DNA of 64,000 nucleotides from Cytophagales bacterium. GTDB lineage: Bacteria; Bacteroidota; Bacteroidia; Cytophagales; JAAEPT01. A model generated the notes under the pieces. It did no database searches and was not told the origin of the DNA. It saw only the letters and a list, made by a program, of their open reading frames with translations. Below, piece after piece: positions 10,252 to 20,531 of this stretch (position 1 is its first letter; each line of letters opens with the position of its first letter). The translations under genes were made by a program, and so were the position numbers. The stretch lies in NCBI GenBank assembly GCA_965230415.1, contig CBDDKZ010000001.1, positions 77,184 to 141,183 on the forward strand, written 5' to 3'.

Positions 10252-10740
10252 ATGAAAGTATTACTTTTTATATTTTTCACCCTTGTTTTAATCAGCACCA
10301 AAGCGCAAGAATTTGATGTTCCAAATAATTATAATTTTAAAAATGACGCTGATTTGGAAAAATACCAATCCGCTATTATTGATTGCATCAAATGGTTAGA
10401 AAAAACACCACCACAGGAAGCCCCCAATAAAAGAAAATTGGCAGAAGCTTTTTTGGTTCAATACATAGAAGCAAACCCGAAAATTAATTTAAGTCTCGAC
10501 AAGTACATACTCGATTTATGTAAAAAAAATGATCATTTGCTTTCTATATTTATTGGAGGGTGGGCCAAATATTGTATTGAAAACAACTATGACACCAACG
10601 ACATCTCCTCAAACTATGCCGGAATGAATTCCCTTATAAACTATTACCGGGTACATCAGCTTAAGAAGAATAAAATGCTCGATGAGCTCTCCCAAAAGAG
10701 TAAACAAGAACTCAACGACTGGCTTAAAGAGGAGATCTAG
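10252..10740 (+). CDS. Hypothetical secreted protein
   Basis: Signal peptide ending TKA-QE (N-terminal Gln typical of Bacteroidota); predicted helical. Confidence 0.75.
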   Translation: MKVLLFIFFTLVLISTKAQEFDVPNNYNFKNDADLEKYQSAIIDCIKWLEKTPPQEAPNKRKLAEAFLVQYIEANPKINLSLDKYILDLCKKNDHLLSIFIGGWAKYCIENNYDTNDISSNYAGMNSLINYYRVHQLKKNKMLDELSQKSKQELNDWLKEEI

Positions 10741-10760
10741 TTTAATATGCCTCTATTCTT

Positions 10761-11783
10761 TTACCCCCTTGACTTGTCAAAATAAACATTTGTTAACGTG
10801 AGGAGCAACAATAACGCTGCCCCAAACTGATGCAGCACACCTAAACCTACCGGAACGGCATTCACCAATGTTAGTACTCCTAAAACAAATTGAAGCACTA
10901 CCATGCCAATTAGCCACCATGCAGCTCTTTTTTGAATGATCGTAGCACCTTGCATTCTTTTCACCACATACCAAATAATCAAAATAACTACGACGAGGGC
11001 CAGCCATCTGTGTATAAATTGCACAGCAACAGGGTCATTCACCAAATGGCCCAAACCATTACTGCCCAAGCCTTCCAATATGCTCGCCGGAACCCAGTCG
11101 TTGGTCATTTTTGGGTAAGTTGTATGATATAACCCCGCCTTGAGACCTGCCACAAAGCCTCCGTAGATTATTTGCAAACCCAGTAAAACCAAAATTATAT
11201 TAAGAATTCTGCCGAGTTTGACCTGGCCCGACGAATGATTTGGAAAGTAAACGGACATAGCTACCCACCAAAGATAGCTTACCAAAAACAAGGCAGTACA
11301 AAGATGCAATGCCAGTCTAAAATGGCTTACATCCGGACGATCGACAAGGCCACTTTTCACCATATACCACCCTATTAGCCCTTGCAAACCTCCTAAAAGA
11401 AACACAAACAGCAATTTTCTCAACAGACCTTTACGGCCCAGGTAGCCTTTAAAAAAGAAAATGACAAAGGGCACTACAAAAAGCAGCCCCAAAAGTCTAC
11501 CTAACAGGCGATGTATATATTCCCAGAAATAAATACCTTTGAAGTCGGATAGCGTAAAATCGAAATTTCGCTTTATATATTCCGGTGAGGATTTATACTC
11601 ATCAAATTCTGTTAACCAGTCCTGTTCTGATATCGGTGGTATAATGCCTGTAACAGGTTTCCAGGTAACCATTGACAAACCTGAATGAGTAAGTCTGGTG
11701 ATGCCACCAACAACTACCATCAGTAAAACGAATAATGCCCCTAAAACTAACCAGTGGGCAACAACCTTAGGCGTATTGAACAT
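10761..11783 (-). CDS. ctaA: Heme A synthase (COX15/CtaA)
   Basis: GGITRLTHSGLSM, WEYIHR, GWYMVKSGL, RLALHL, QFIHR, LHQ. A TATATTTG promoter lies at 11805-11812. Confidence 0.95.
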   Translation of the reverse strand: MFNTPKVVAHWLVLGALFVLLMVVVGGITRLTHSGLSMVTWKPVTGIIPPISEQDWLTEFDEYKSSPEYIKRNFDFTLSDFKGIYFWEYIHRLLGRLLGLLFVVPFVIFFFKGYLGRKGLLRKLLFVFLLGGLQGLIGWYMVKSGLVDRPDVSHFRLALHLCTALFLVSYLWWVAMSVYFPNHSSGQVKLGRILNIILVLLGLQIIYGGFVAGLKAGLYHTTYPKMTNDWVPASILEGLGSNGLGHLVNDPVAVQFIHRWLALVVVILIIWYVVKRMQGATIIQKRAAWWLIGMVVLQFVLGVLTLVNAVPVGLGVLHQFGAALLLLLTLTNVYFDKSRG

Positions 11784-11981
11784 TTAAACTATTCTTTTGT
11801 TATGCAAATATACTAGGCAAAATACCTGTTATCAAATCATTCGGCAGACAGGCCTTAAATAGATTAACTAATTAAACTTAAACTCGTAATTAAGAACATG
11901 TTAACTAACTAAATTTATTATGATGTTTTTTTCACTTTATGAATCTTTCATTTCCTGATTCATCATTAACTTCGTACAGTT

Positions 11982-12296
11982 ATGTCTACTATTCAAACTA
12001 AATTTGTCTACCACCTCCTAAGTGCTAATAAGTGGCAGCAACAGTCGGATCAGCTCTATTACACTCCACATGACCTGGAGCGCGTTGGTTTTATTCACTG
12101 TTGTTACGAAAATCAAATCGATTACGTACAACGCACCTATTTTTCAGATAAGCAGGATGTTGTGATATTAAAAATTAACCCTGAAAAGGTTGAAGTACCC
12201 GTAAAAGTTGAAGAATCGCAGCCTGGTATGAAATTCCCGCACCTCATAGGCTCTCTTAATACTGACGCTATAGAGCTTGTGAAAAGCTTGTATTAA
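11982..12296 (+). CDS. DUF952 domain protein
   Basis: VYHL, GFIHCC and FPHLIGSLNTDA motifs. Confidence 0.85.
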   Translation: MSTIQTKFVYHLLSANKWQQQSDQLYYTPHDLERVGFIHCCYENQIDYVQRTYFSDKQDVVILKINPEKVEVPVKVEESQPGMKFPHLIGSLNTDAIELVKSLY

Positions 12297-13663
12297 CCCG
12301 GTCGGTTTTCTTCACTGCTTTGTTCCTCCCCGCTGCTTTCAAAATCGTTATTCGTTTCAACGGTATTATGACCATTGCTTTCTAATGCCACTTCATTTTG
12401 CTCCCCGGTGTTTAAAACAAGTTCCGGACTGAGGGAATCGGCTACTTCATCCCTGGTGTCGTTATCCATATATTGAGCCAATACTGAACGGTTTTTGATC
12501 AAAGCGACCATCATAATAATACTGGTGGACAGGATGACCATCAGGAGTATCCCGGTATCAAAATGATCGGTCCTCAAGTCACTCGGAATGGCATAAAACA
12601 ACAGCACGGTAATCAAACCTCTGGGGGCTACAAATATCTCCGGAAATATTTTCGGGGAACGGGTAATAAACTTGAGGTTAATGTAGCGTACTCCATACAT
12701 TATGGCAAGCAGCACCACGCTGATAATAAAGACATTCCACCTGAGCATGGAGCTTAGCTGTATCGACATACCGAATACCACGAAGAAAAAGGTTCTGATA
12801 AGAAAGGCGCTCTCCTCAATGACAATTTTAAAATGATCGTACATGTGCTTAAAAGTCTTTTCTTCAATCCATTTTTCCAGACGCCCCTTAAAAATCAACT
12901 CTTTATTGTTTAACAGGAGTCCGAAGAAAAGTATGATCAATAGCGATGACAGGTGGAACATTTTTGCAAAGGCATACACAAATACTAATACCGATATCAG
13001 GAAAAACAGTCCTACAGTAGCTTTAATACGCTGAAAGACCCAAATCATCGCAAAGCTTATCAAAATGGCCGCCAGCAAGGTTATAATAATATTCAGGCTT
13101 ATATTAGCCATAATAGGTCCTGCTCCTTCCAGCTTATAGCCATCTTTCAGAAAATAGAACAACATGATCCCAAGTATATCTGAAAAAGTGGATTCATAGA
13201 TCAAAAATTCTTTTTTGTGCGCTCGCAAGCTTCCTACACTTGGAATTATGATAGCACTACTCATTATAGAAAGTGGTACGGCATGAATAAGCGATTCTAT
13301 AGCCGACATATCTAATATGAATGCCAACACACATGCCACCAGGAAGGTGGTAACAAGTAAAATAACCAGGGCGGCAAAAAATGATTTTATTATAAGCCCT
13401 GATTTCTCGCGCTCCAATTTAAGATCGAGGGCAGCCTCCAGCACAATCATAATCAAACCGACAGTTCCCAAAATCGGTAATACCCCCTTTAGCAGGGTTT
13501 GCGTCTCTTCGTTCTGTATGTCAGCCCAGGCAAGGCTTATACCTATTCCTAAAGCGATAAGCAGTAAAACACTTGGTATACTGAATCTTTTACTCACAAA
13601 ATTGAAGAGGTAACTTAACATCACAATTCCCGTTACCCCCATGATCAGAATATAAGTATCCAT
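12293..13663 (-). CDS. Cation:proton antiporter (CPA family) with acidic C-terminal tail
   Basis: About 13 TM helices; IPSVLLLI, YESTFSDILG, APRGLITVLLF. Confidence 0.88.
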   Translation of the reverse strand: MDTYILIMGVTGIVMLSYLFNFVSKRFSIPSVLLLIALGIGISLAWADIQNEETQTLLKGVLPILGTVGLIMIVLEAALDLKLEREKSGLIIKSFFAALVILLVTTFLVACVLAFILDMSAIESLIHAVPLSIMSSAIIIPSVGSLRAHKKEFLIYESTFSDILGIMLFYFLKDGYKLEGAGPIMANISLNIIITLLAAILISFAMIWVFQRIKATVGLFFLISVLVFVYAFAKMFHLSSLLIILFFGLLLNNKELIFKGRLEKWIEEKTFKHMYDHFKIVIEESAFLIRTFFFVVFGMSIQLSSMLRWNVFIISVVLLAIMYGVRYINLKFITRSPKIFPEIFVAPRGLITVLLFYAIPSDLRTDHFDTGILLMVILSTSIIMMVALIKNRSVLAQYMDNDTRDEVADSLSPELVLNTGEQNEVALESNGHNTVETNNDFESSGEEQSSEENRPG

Positions 13664-14159
13664 AAATATATTTGGCCTGTTTTGAACTAAATTACGAGAA
13701 TTCGTCTAAAAATGATCTCAGAACTTATTTTTAATTATCCCCAACTATATTCTTAAGTATTTTCGAGCAGTCATAAAGCGATCAGCTTAACACCTCATTC
13801 ACATTAAAACAGCCAATTATCCACTAAAATTATGCTTAAGGTGCATTTGAGTTAACTGAACTCATTGTTCCCGCCTCTTGATTATTCCAAATGAGATTGT
13901 TTCTTTACTCGAGTAAATTTACAAATAAGTGTTTGTTGCAAATTTTGCAGCCATCTGAATTTTTACTGACTCTTTCCCTGTCTTCGGATAAACTAGGGCT
14001 CATTTATTAGCTATTAGCTGGAGGTCTTTTTTGGGCGAAATGCACTACTGCCACTTCTTTTGCCTCGCCTTTTAATATTACTGGCAAGTCAACAAAAATC
14101 CGCAATCGCTTTCTTTACGATGAACAGGACAAAGCTCAAAGAACTTTGTCCTTCAATTA

Positions 14160-14654
14160 TCAGGCAGTTATATGTTGAACTGATTCCATGTATTTTGATA
14201 AGCGATAATGTAAACTGGTATCAGTTAGCAAACCGGAAAGGAACAGCACAATCAATCCAATGGACAATCCTTTCCAATAATGTCCTGAAACCAAAAAATA
14301 CATGATTGCAGAAGCCAAAATTAGTGCAACCCAAATTGGTTTTAGAGTGGAATAGGTTTTATTCTCTTGCTGTAATCTTGCTAATTCATTATTAGCCGCT
14401 TGTACTTGGTTTTCCTTGAAGCTTTGTTCGAGTTTCAGGGAAAATGATGACCGACTGGCCATCAAGTAAGCACCATAAGCGAACATCACACAAATTACAA
14501 TACCTAAAGGAATCATTGTTCCACGTAATACTTCATGGTTGCTTTTCCATATGAAAACAAAACTGACGAGCAACAAAATTCCATAAAAGAGCATGATACG
14601 CCCTTGAAGGACTTCCCCTTTTGCCCAAACGTTTGAATGTTCGATCAGGTCCAT
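14160..14654 (-). CDS. Hypothetical 4-TM membrane protein
   Basis: Four hydrophobic helices; 1 bp from the upstream SRPBCC gene, consistent with an operon. Confidence 0.75.
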   Translation of the reverse strand: MDLIEHSNVWAKGEVLQGRIMLFYGILLLVSFVFIWKSNHEVLRGTMIPLGIVICVMFAYGAYLMASRSSFSLKLEQSFKENQVQAANNELARLQQENKTYSTLKPIWVALILASAIMYFLVSGHYWKGLSIGLIVLFLSGLLTDTSLHYRLSKYMESVQHITA

Positions 14655-14655
14655 C

Positions 14656-15255
14656 CTATTTTTGGTTCGATTCGGTATATTCTTTCAATCCTTCAAGTGC
14701 CCCTTTCCAGATTTTAGTAATCTGTTTGGTCATCATCCCATCCATCTGTTTGTACATGCCTTTGTATTCATAACCACCTTTGTAGGTGACTTTGGTTGTA
14801 TTGGCGTCAATGGCTTCAAGATATATGACTTCTGTTATACTTTGACAAGCTCTTGAGTTTGATTCAATCATGGTGAAGCCCCAAGCCTTATTTGGCTCAT
14901 AGGCAATGATTTCTTCATAATATTTGAAATTGTTCAGGTGCGCCAACCGCTTTGAGCCCATCCCTTTTTCATTAGGATTTAGCATGCTCCCAGACTTCAC
15001 ACCCGGAAACCACTTTGAAAAATTGGGGGTGTCGTCAATTACTTCCCACACCTTCTCTACAGGCACCTTTATTGTTACCGAATAGGAATTGGTTACAGGA
15101 GCAGTGCTTACATAGTTTTCACCTTGTGGAATCAGCTTCTTACTGTAATAGATTTTTTCCTTTTGCTGACTTTGATTCATCGCTTCCTGAGATTGAGAGA
15201 ATCCTAGCATGCTTTGCAAGAGTAGGATTCCTAAAGATAATGTGTAAATTTTCAT
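14656..15255 (-). CDS. SRPBCC/polyketide cyclase-like protein with signal peptide
   Basis: Start at ATG 15255 (MKIYTLSLGILLLQSMLGFSQ). SVTIKVPVEKVWEVIDD...WFPGV...GMGSKR...EEIIAYEP...ALEGLKEYTE is the SRPBCC pattern. Confidence 0.8.
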   Translation of the reverse strand: MKIYTLSLGILLLQSMLGFSQSQEAMNQSQQKEKIYYSKKLIPQGENYVSTAPVTNSYSVTIKVPVEKVWEVIDDTPNFSKWFPGVKSGSMLNPNEKGMGSKRLAHLNNFKYYEEIIAYEPNKAWGFTMIESNSRACQSITEVIYLEAIDANTTKVTYKGGYEYKGMYKQMDGMMTKQITKIWKGALEGLKEYTESNQK

Positions 15256-15268
15256 TGCTATTCGATTT

Positions 15269-16864
15269 TTAAAAGTCCTTACCTCTAAAGCTGTCAGCCA
15301 CCATGGCTCCGGCCAATTTTGCGAAATGACCCCAACTCTGATCAATAGAATAATAGGAAGCGTTTTTAAGCATGTGTTGCACTCGTTTTCTATTGGTCAA
15401 TTCAAAACTTGTGGAATGGAAGTCATCGATCAATACAGATTTTTCGATGTTTTCGTAGTTCAAGGCATTACCAAAATTGCCTACACCCGAAACAAAATCT
15501 TCCGTTCGCTCACCATTTCCGCCCCATGTTAAATAGGCATTAAGCCAAATATTAGGAGGTACAGTATTCACTGCGACACCACCGTACTTCAATTCTCTTG
15601 TAGCCTGTAGTATGCGTTCTTCGTTGCTTGTAAACGTATGGTTATCCACCAAAATCATGCAGCCAAGTGAGCCTAATAACTTGTTGTTGCAGAATGAAGT
15701 GGCCGCCTTTAGAAAGTCGCCTACATCCTCCTTCGTATCCAAAGGAACTTCGCTGTAAATCTGGCAAAATGCTTCATTGACTACTGCAAAGTCATCTTCT
15801 TTTACATTGGGAATGAGCACAAATTCACTGTTTTTATGCTTACCTCCTTCAGGTTTCAAAATTTCCGCAGTAGCTTGGTTTTTCAGGAACTCCTCTTTGG
15901 TTTTATCAACACCTGGATAGTAGGTACCGGTAGCAAAAGTGTCTTCCACAATCGCTTTTCTCAAAGCCGCTATAAATTGTTCACGTTGTGCCCAGTTTTT
16001 AGATGTGACGATGGTTTGTGGTCTTCCACAAATAGCACCACCGTTGAGTTTACCAATAGAAGCAAGTTGCACAGCCTGATGCTCAATTTCTTTGTCTGTC
16101 CACTTACCGGGAACAATGATGCATGGGTTGTTTCCGCCACATTCTGAAACCAAAGGAGCGCTTGCTGCATTTTGAATATTGTGGGCAACCGGTGTCGATC
16201 CGGTGAAATAGATGGAATGGAGGCCTTCCAGCTTTGGCAATTCCCTTCCCTGGTCTGAACTACAAAAAGCGAGCGCATTTACATCTATTAGCGGTTGGAA
16301 AATCTTCTCCCAAACCCTGTCTGATTCATCATTCAATTTGTGAGGTTTATGAATGACGGCTTTGTTTTCCAGAAACAAAGCCATAGCCATCTCAATGGAT
16401 GAACTATAGTTTCCTGCCCCGGAAATTGCTATTACTCCGGCAGGTTTGTCAAGGGGACTCACTTGCTTTGGCTCTCCATTTACATGGATAAAACCTCTTT
16501 GCTTGCCAGCAGCTAATTTGTCCTTTCTGTGAATAGGATAAACTTCAATTTCATATATACCCCCAGAAAGTTCTTTCGTGCTGACAGCCTTAGGCATTTC
16601 GCCATGAACCATTGATTCGTAGGTGTGATGAATACCCATTAATGTATTGGCCATAGCCATAATGGTTGCTCCCATGCCTTCTTCCAGGCTGGTAAGTTCT
16701 TCACCAATTAAGGCGTTTTTCATATTGGCATCTGCCCCTCCAAGTTCTTCGGCATAGGTTTTCATATTGTGCTGCACTTGCTCCAATAAAGCCAAACGAT
16801 CAACGGCTGATGTTTGAGCCCATTTTTCAGGGTTTAAGTAGTTGTATGCTTCTAGTGCTGTCAT
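15269..16864 (-). CDS. Aldehyde dehydrogenase family protein (divergent)
   Basis: GAGNY, YFTGS, SECGGNNP (catalytic Glu), NGGAICGRPQ (catalytic Cys), NEAFC. Confidence 0.85.
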   Translation of the reverse strand: MTALEAYNYLNPEKWAQTSAVDRLALLEQVQHNMKTYAEELGGADANMKNALIGEELTSLEEGMGATIMAMANTLMGIHHTYESMVHGEMPKAVSTKELSGGIYEIEVYPIHRKDKLAAGKQRGFIHVNGEPKQVSPLDKPAGVIAISGAGNYSSSIEMAMALFLENKAVIHKPHKLNDESDRVWEKIFQPLIDVNALAFCSSDQGRELPKLEGLHSIYFTGSTPVAHNIQNAASAPLVSECGGNNPCIIVPGKWTDKEIEHQAVQLASIGKLNGGAICGRPQTIVTSKNWAQREQFIAALRKAIVEDTFATGTYYPGVDKTKEEFLKNQATAEILKPEGGKHKNSEFVLIPNVKEDDFAVVNEAFCQIYSEVPLDTKEDVGDFLKAATSFCNNKLLGSLGCMILVDNHTFTSNEERILQATRELKYGGVAVNTVPPNIWLNAYLTWGGNGERTEDFVSGVGNFGNALNYENIEKSVLIDDFHSTSFELTNRKRVQHMLKNASYYSIDQSWGHFAKLAGAMVADSFRGKDF

Positions 16865-16902
16865 GATTTCTTTTTTTATTTTGTTGAAAAAAAATTGAGT
16901 AT

Positions 16903-17733
16903 TTATTTAACCTGACTCATGATAATATTGTCAAACATGCTGTCACCAAGATAAATTCGCATCCATACCATGGGTTTTGCCCACTTACCAACACGATAGC
17001 GCGTCTTAGGCTTCCTGGCATTGACAATTTTAGAAACTGTGTTGGCGATTACTGCGGTAGGAGAAGTCGCATTTGGCTTATCGTAAGTAGCTTTTGTGGC
17101 TTCAGCAATCTTATTGGCAAGATCGGCATAAGCTCCATTTCCGGAATGATCAAGCATAGGCTGGTATAGTACATTGGCAAATTCTGTTCGAATAAGACCA
17201 GGCTCCAGCACTACAACATTGATATTAAATTGCTTTGTCTCCAGTCTCAGGCAATCACTCCATCCTTCTACAGCATGTTTTGAAGCATGATACCAAGCCC
17301 CAAGGGGAGTGTACATTTTTCCGCCCATTGAAGAAGTATTTAGAATAGTACCACTTTTGGCTTTCCTCATGTGAGGCAGTACCTTTTTGGTCAGGTTGGC
17401 CATCCCAAAAAGATTGACTTCAAATTGTCTCCTTGCTTCATCAATTGTCACGTCTTCAACTGCACCATAAAGTCCAAATCCTGCATTATTCCACAAAACA
17501 TCTATTTTGCCTGACTCATTGATAATTCGGTTTACGGCATTTTCTACATTTTCGTCATTTGAAACATCCATCTGAATGGGGTGTCCTCCCATTTGTTCCA
17601 AATCTTTCATCTTTTCGATTCTTCGGGCAGCCGTGTAAACCATATGCCCTTCTTTTATGAGCTTTATAGCGGCTTCTTTACCCATACCGGAAGAAGCGCC
17701 TGTAATTAGAATTGTCTTTTTTGATTTTGACAT
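16903..17733 (-). CDS. Short-chain dehydrogenase/reductase
   Basis: TGASSGMG, NNAG, SSMGG, YHASK. ATG at 17733. Confidence 0.93.
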   Translation of the reverse strand: MSKSKKTILITGASSGMGKEAAIKLIKEGHMVYTAARRIEKMKDLEQMGGHPIQMDVSNDENVENAVNRIINESGKIDVLWNNAGFGLYGAVEDVTIDEARRQFEVNLFGMANLTKKVLPHMRKAKSGTILNTSSMGGKMYTPLGAWYHASKHAVEGWSDCLRLETKQFNINVVVLEPGLIRTEFANVLYQPMLDHSGNGAYADLANKIAEATKATYDKPNATSPTAVIANTVSKIVNARKPKTRYRVGKWAKPMVWMRIYLGDSMFDNIIMSQVK

Positions 17734-17836
17734 GATTCGATAAAAATTGTGACAAGTCAAAATTGCTTAAGTCTATGAGGAATAATCAACACTTATCGCA
17801 GAGATAATAACACGAATCACAGGGGTACTCAGAAAT

Positions 17837-17867
17837 AAAAAAAGGGAAACCTTTTGAGCTTCCTTTG
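17837..17867 (-). terminator. Intrinsic terminator after the AraC gene
   Basis: Minus strand reads CAAAGGAAGCTCAAAAGGTTTCCCTTTTTTT. Confidence 0.55.
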
Positions 17868-17887
17868 AAGGCCTTATTAAGTACTGT

Positions 17888-18799
17888 TTAATTGGTCGTT
17901 TCTCTGTATTTCTGGGGTGTTATCCCTGTTTTGGTTTTGAATAACCTGCTGAAATAATGGGGGTAATTAAAGCCTAAAGAATAGGATATTTCGGCTACAG
18001 AATCTTCTGTGCTTAGCAATAAATTCTTGGCTTTATCAATCAAGAAATCATTGATGTGTTCTTTGGCACTTCTTCCTGTTTCATTCCTTAGCAAATCACT
18101 CAAATAGGTAGGGGACAGATTCACTTTTTCTCCCAGATACATCAATGACGGTGGACCATATTCGGGTAACTGACCTGTTTGATAATATTCCTTGAGTAGA
18201 TTATTAACGCGTGTAACAATGTCTTTGTTTTGCGAAAATCGTGTATGAAATTGCCTTTCATAGAAACGCAGGCAATAATTCAGAAGTAGTTCCAAAGAAG
18301 ATACAATTACCCTTTGACTATGGCTATCAATGCTTTCGCTGTATTCTTCCCGTATCTTCTGAATACAATCATTAAGCGTCTGTTTCTCCTTTTCTGAAAG
18401 ATGCAAAGCTTCATTAGCTTCATAATTGAAAAAGCTAAAATCTTCTATGTTTTCACCCAACGGAGTATTTCTAATGAGGTCTGGGTGAAAGAACAACATC
18501 CAACCGTGCTCTTTATCAAAGTCGTTTGTCGATTTGGCAGCTATGATCTGGTTGGGTGCCGTAAATGCAAGTACCCCTTCTTCAAAATCGTAATTGTTGC
18601 GGCCATATTCAAAGCCACAAGCAGCATTCTTAAGACCTATATAATAGAAATTGGCAGAAACTTTTGTTTTGGCAAACTCTTCAGTGATTATCAGTTTTGA
18701 GACATCAATAACACTAATGAGCGGGTGTTTTGGTTTCTCATACCCCAACATTTCATGTAGTTGGGTGATGGATTTTATTTCAATGATATTGTTTGTCAT
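17888..18799 (-). CDS. AraC-family transcriptional regulator (Bacteroidota type)
   Basis: PKHPLISVID, YGRNNYDF, LSPTYLSDLL, LGFNYPHYFSRLFK. A minus-strand TACCTTTG promoter at 18825-18832 supports the ATG at 18799. Confidence 0.93.
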   Translation of the reverse strand: MTNNIIEIKSITQLHEMLGYEKPKHPLISVIDVSKLIITEEFAKTKVSANFYYIGLKNAACGFEYGRNNYDFEEGVLAFTAPNQIIAAKSTNDFDKEHGWMLFFHPDLIRNTPLGENIEDFSFFNYEANEALHLSEKEKQTLNDCIQKIREEYSESIDSHSQRVIVSSLELLLNYCLRFYERQFHTRFSQNKDIVTRVNNLLKEYYQTGQLPEYGPPSLMYLGEKVNLSPTYLSDLLRNETGRSAKEHINDFLIDKAKNLLLSTEDSVAEISYSLGFNYPHYFSRLFKTKTGITPQKYRETTN

Positions 18800-18895
18800 C
18801 CCTACTAAGTTTATTTTTTTGGTGCAAAGGTAAGCACAAGCATACTTTTCACTTAACATACATCCCTTTTTTGATGGCACTAATCAAAGAATACT

Positions 18896-18985
18896 GACTA
18901 ACGTAGGTCAAAATACAATTTTCATTTTAGAAATATTCAATTCTTTCAATATCTCCAAATTCACACCACCTATCCTACGTTAGCC
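18896..18985 (-). repeat. attC-like site 1
   Basis: Minus strand reads GGCTAAC-GTAGG...CCTAC-GTTAGTC, an 11/12-bp terminal inverted repeat bounded by AAC/GTT. Confidence 0.6.
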
Positions 18986-19058
18986 TCTGATTTCAATTTG
19001 GGAAGCTGTAAATGCTTATCTTCAACTTTCAGAATTTCCGGCCCGAATCTGGGGAAAG

Positions 19059-19113
19059 ACACACAAGTTTTAATGTAAAATGTGCTTATAATGCATTTTA
19101 CATCGAGTTGGCC
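19059..19113 (-). repeat. attC-like site 2 (short, degenerate core)
   Basis: GGCCAAC starts 4 bp after the stop of 19118..20143. A perfect ATGTAAAATG/CATTTTACAT arm pair follows, ending in CTTGTGTGT where GTT is expected. Confidence 0.5.
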
Positions 19114-19117
19114 AATG

Positions 19118-20143
19118 TTATTCATTAGCTTTTAAGAGAAAAAAGCCCGTATGTCTCCCAATTATTAGTAAAAAATCATCTTTCAAAACAAAACCTTTTA
19201 CTGGTCCAGCCATTTTTCCACTCAAGCTAAAAGCCTTTCGCATTTCATATTCAAGTTTTGGTTTATGTGTTAGTGTAACCCCTTTTTCGTTGGGTGTTAG
19301 TACAGCCACAACAAATTTGTCCATACCTCCAGTATTTCCAACAATTAATAGTTCTTGATTCCTTTCAGCGAATGCTCCGTGGATCTCGTTTGTTTTTATT
19401 TTGGCTGCTTTATATCTTTTTAGTTTTTTGAGATTGGTTACATCATATTGTACCGTATTATCATTACCAATTAATAGCATTTGTTGATCAGGCACGAGCC
19501 ATTGCATGCTAGTTGGTAAGTAGCCATTTGCAGGTTGGTGCTTGCTTTGAAATTCGTATTTATTTCCATCTGATTTAGAATACACATGAAAACCTTGATG
19601 TCTTGATGCAATAAATAGGTTGTTTCTGCTTTTAACAATATTTGTTCCGGTATCGAAGAACATGGTTTCGTCTTCATTTGATAAATCAATTATTTTAGTT
19701 GCTTTATCATTTTTATCAACTGTCATAACTGCTTTTTCAGTACTTGAAATCAAATAAATGATCTCTGAATCGATAAAAAAATTAAGATATTCAGGAACTT
19801 TGATTGTTCTAACGCCAATAGGATTACTCAAATCGGAAATGTCAAATACTAAGATTGTATCAAGATCGTGTTTTTCTGAATAGGATAAATAGAGAAAATT
19901 TCCTTCTTTTTCCATTTGACTTGATCCACCAAAGCCCAGCTGGATTGTTGAGATTAAATTGATGGCGACTATATTCGTAATATCCCAAATCTTTATTCTA
20001 TTTGCATGACGAGTGATCAGTGTATTATCAAAAGACAATGATTCACCAAAATCTCTTTCTATGTCACGTTCTATGACTTCTTCAGGTTCATTTAGTTGGA
20101 TAGGTGTTTCTGTATAGCTATTTATATTACTTAATTTAATCAT
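19118..20143 (-). CDS. Hypothetical protein, probable beta-propeller (LVIVD-like repeats); cassette-like gene
   Basis: Repeated IWDITN, VFDISDLSNP and YDVTNLKK strands. No signal peptide; flanked by attC-like sites. Confidence 0.6.
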   Translation of the reverse strand: MIKLSNINSYTETPIQLNEPEEVIERDIERDFGESLSFDNTLITRHANRIKIWDITNIVAINLISTIQLGFGGSSQMEKEGNFLYLSYSEKHDLDTILVFDISDLSNPIGVRTIKVPEYLNFFIDSEIIYLISSTEKAVMTVDKNDKATKIIDLSNEDETMFFDTGTNIVKSRNNLFIASRHQGFHVYSKSDGNKYEFQSKHQPANGYLPTSMQWLVPDQQMLLIGNDNTVQYDVTNLKKLKRYKAAKIKTNEIHGAFAERNQELLIVGNTGGMDKFVVAVLTPNEKGVTLTHKPKLEYEMRKAFSLSGKMAGPVKGFVLKDDFLLIIGRHTGFFLLKANE

Positions 20144-20168
20144 ATTGATATTTTTTATTTAATATAGT

Positions 20169-20277
20169 TGCTAACGCCACTGTATAAATCTGTGGCTGTC
20201 TTTTCTTGTAATTTACTTTCGATCTGCCACAAAGTCAATCCACAAACCAGCCATGATTTCATACAGCGTATTTTAGC
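20169..20277 (-). repeat. attC-like site 3
   Basis: Plus strand reads TGCTAAC..CTGTAT-AAATC..TGGCTG ... CAGCCA..GATTT-C-ATACAG..TTAGC, paired arms with one unpaired base. GTTAGCA on the minus strand sits 25 bp before the next ATG. Confidence 0.6.
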
Positions 20278-20531
20278 TAGTATTATAATTCAATATATTT
20301 TCTGAATACGTTATTTGTAAATATTTAAAACCTATCTTTATCTCAAGATTTTATCTTTCATATTTCAGTTGAGCTGAGTTTATATGTTGTTGTGCTGGAT
20401 TCAAGCGCTATAATTCAACTTATTCATTTTCTTTCTTGGGGCAAGGACTATAAATCTTCTAGTTGATTTTTCAATTTGAGTAATAATCGCTGAGAATTAG
20501 ACTCTCAGGTTAATATAAAATGCTTTAGGAT

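Noticed and set aside
13664-14159. 500-bp intergenic gap as an ncRNA, IS remnant or cassette end
   Set aside because: I found only a weak hairpin near 14125-14153, with no recognisable motif, TIR or coding remnant.
20403-20430. AAGCGCTATAA-TTCAAC-TTATTCATTTT as a dif/pdif site
   Set aside because: The ATAA-N6-TTAT core is present, but the XerD arm matches poorly and such cores arise easily in AT-rich DNA.
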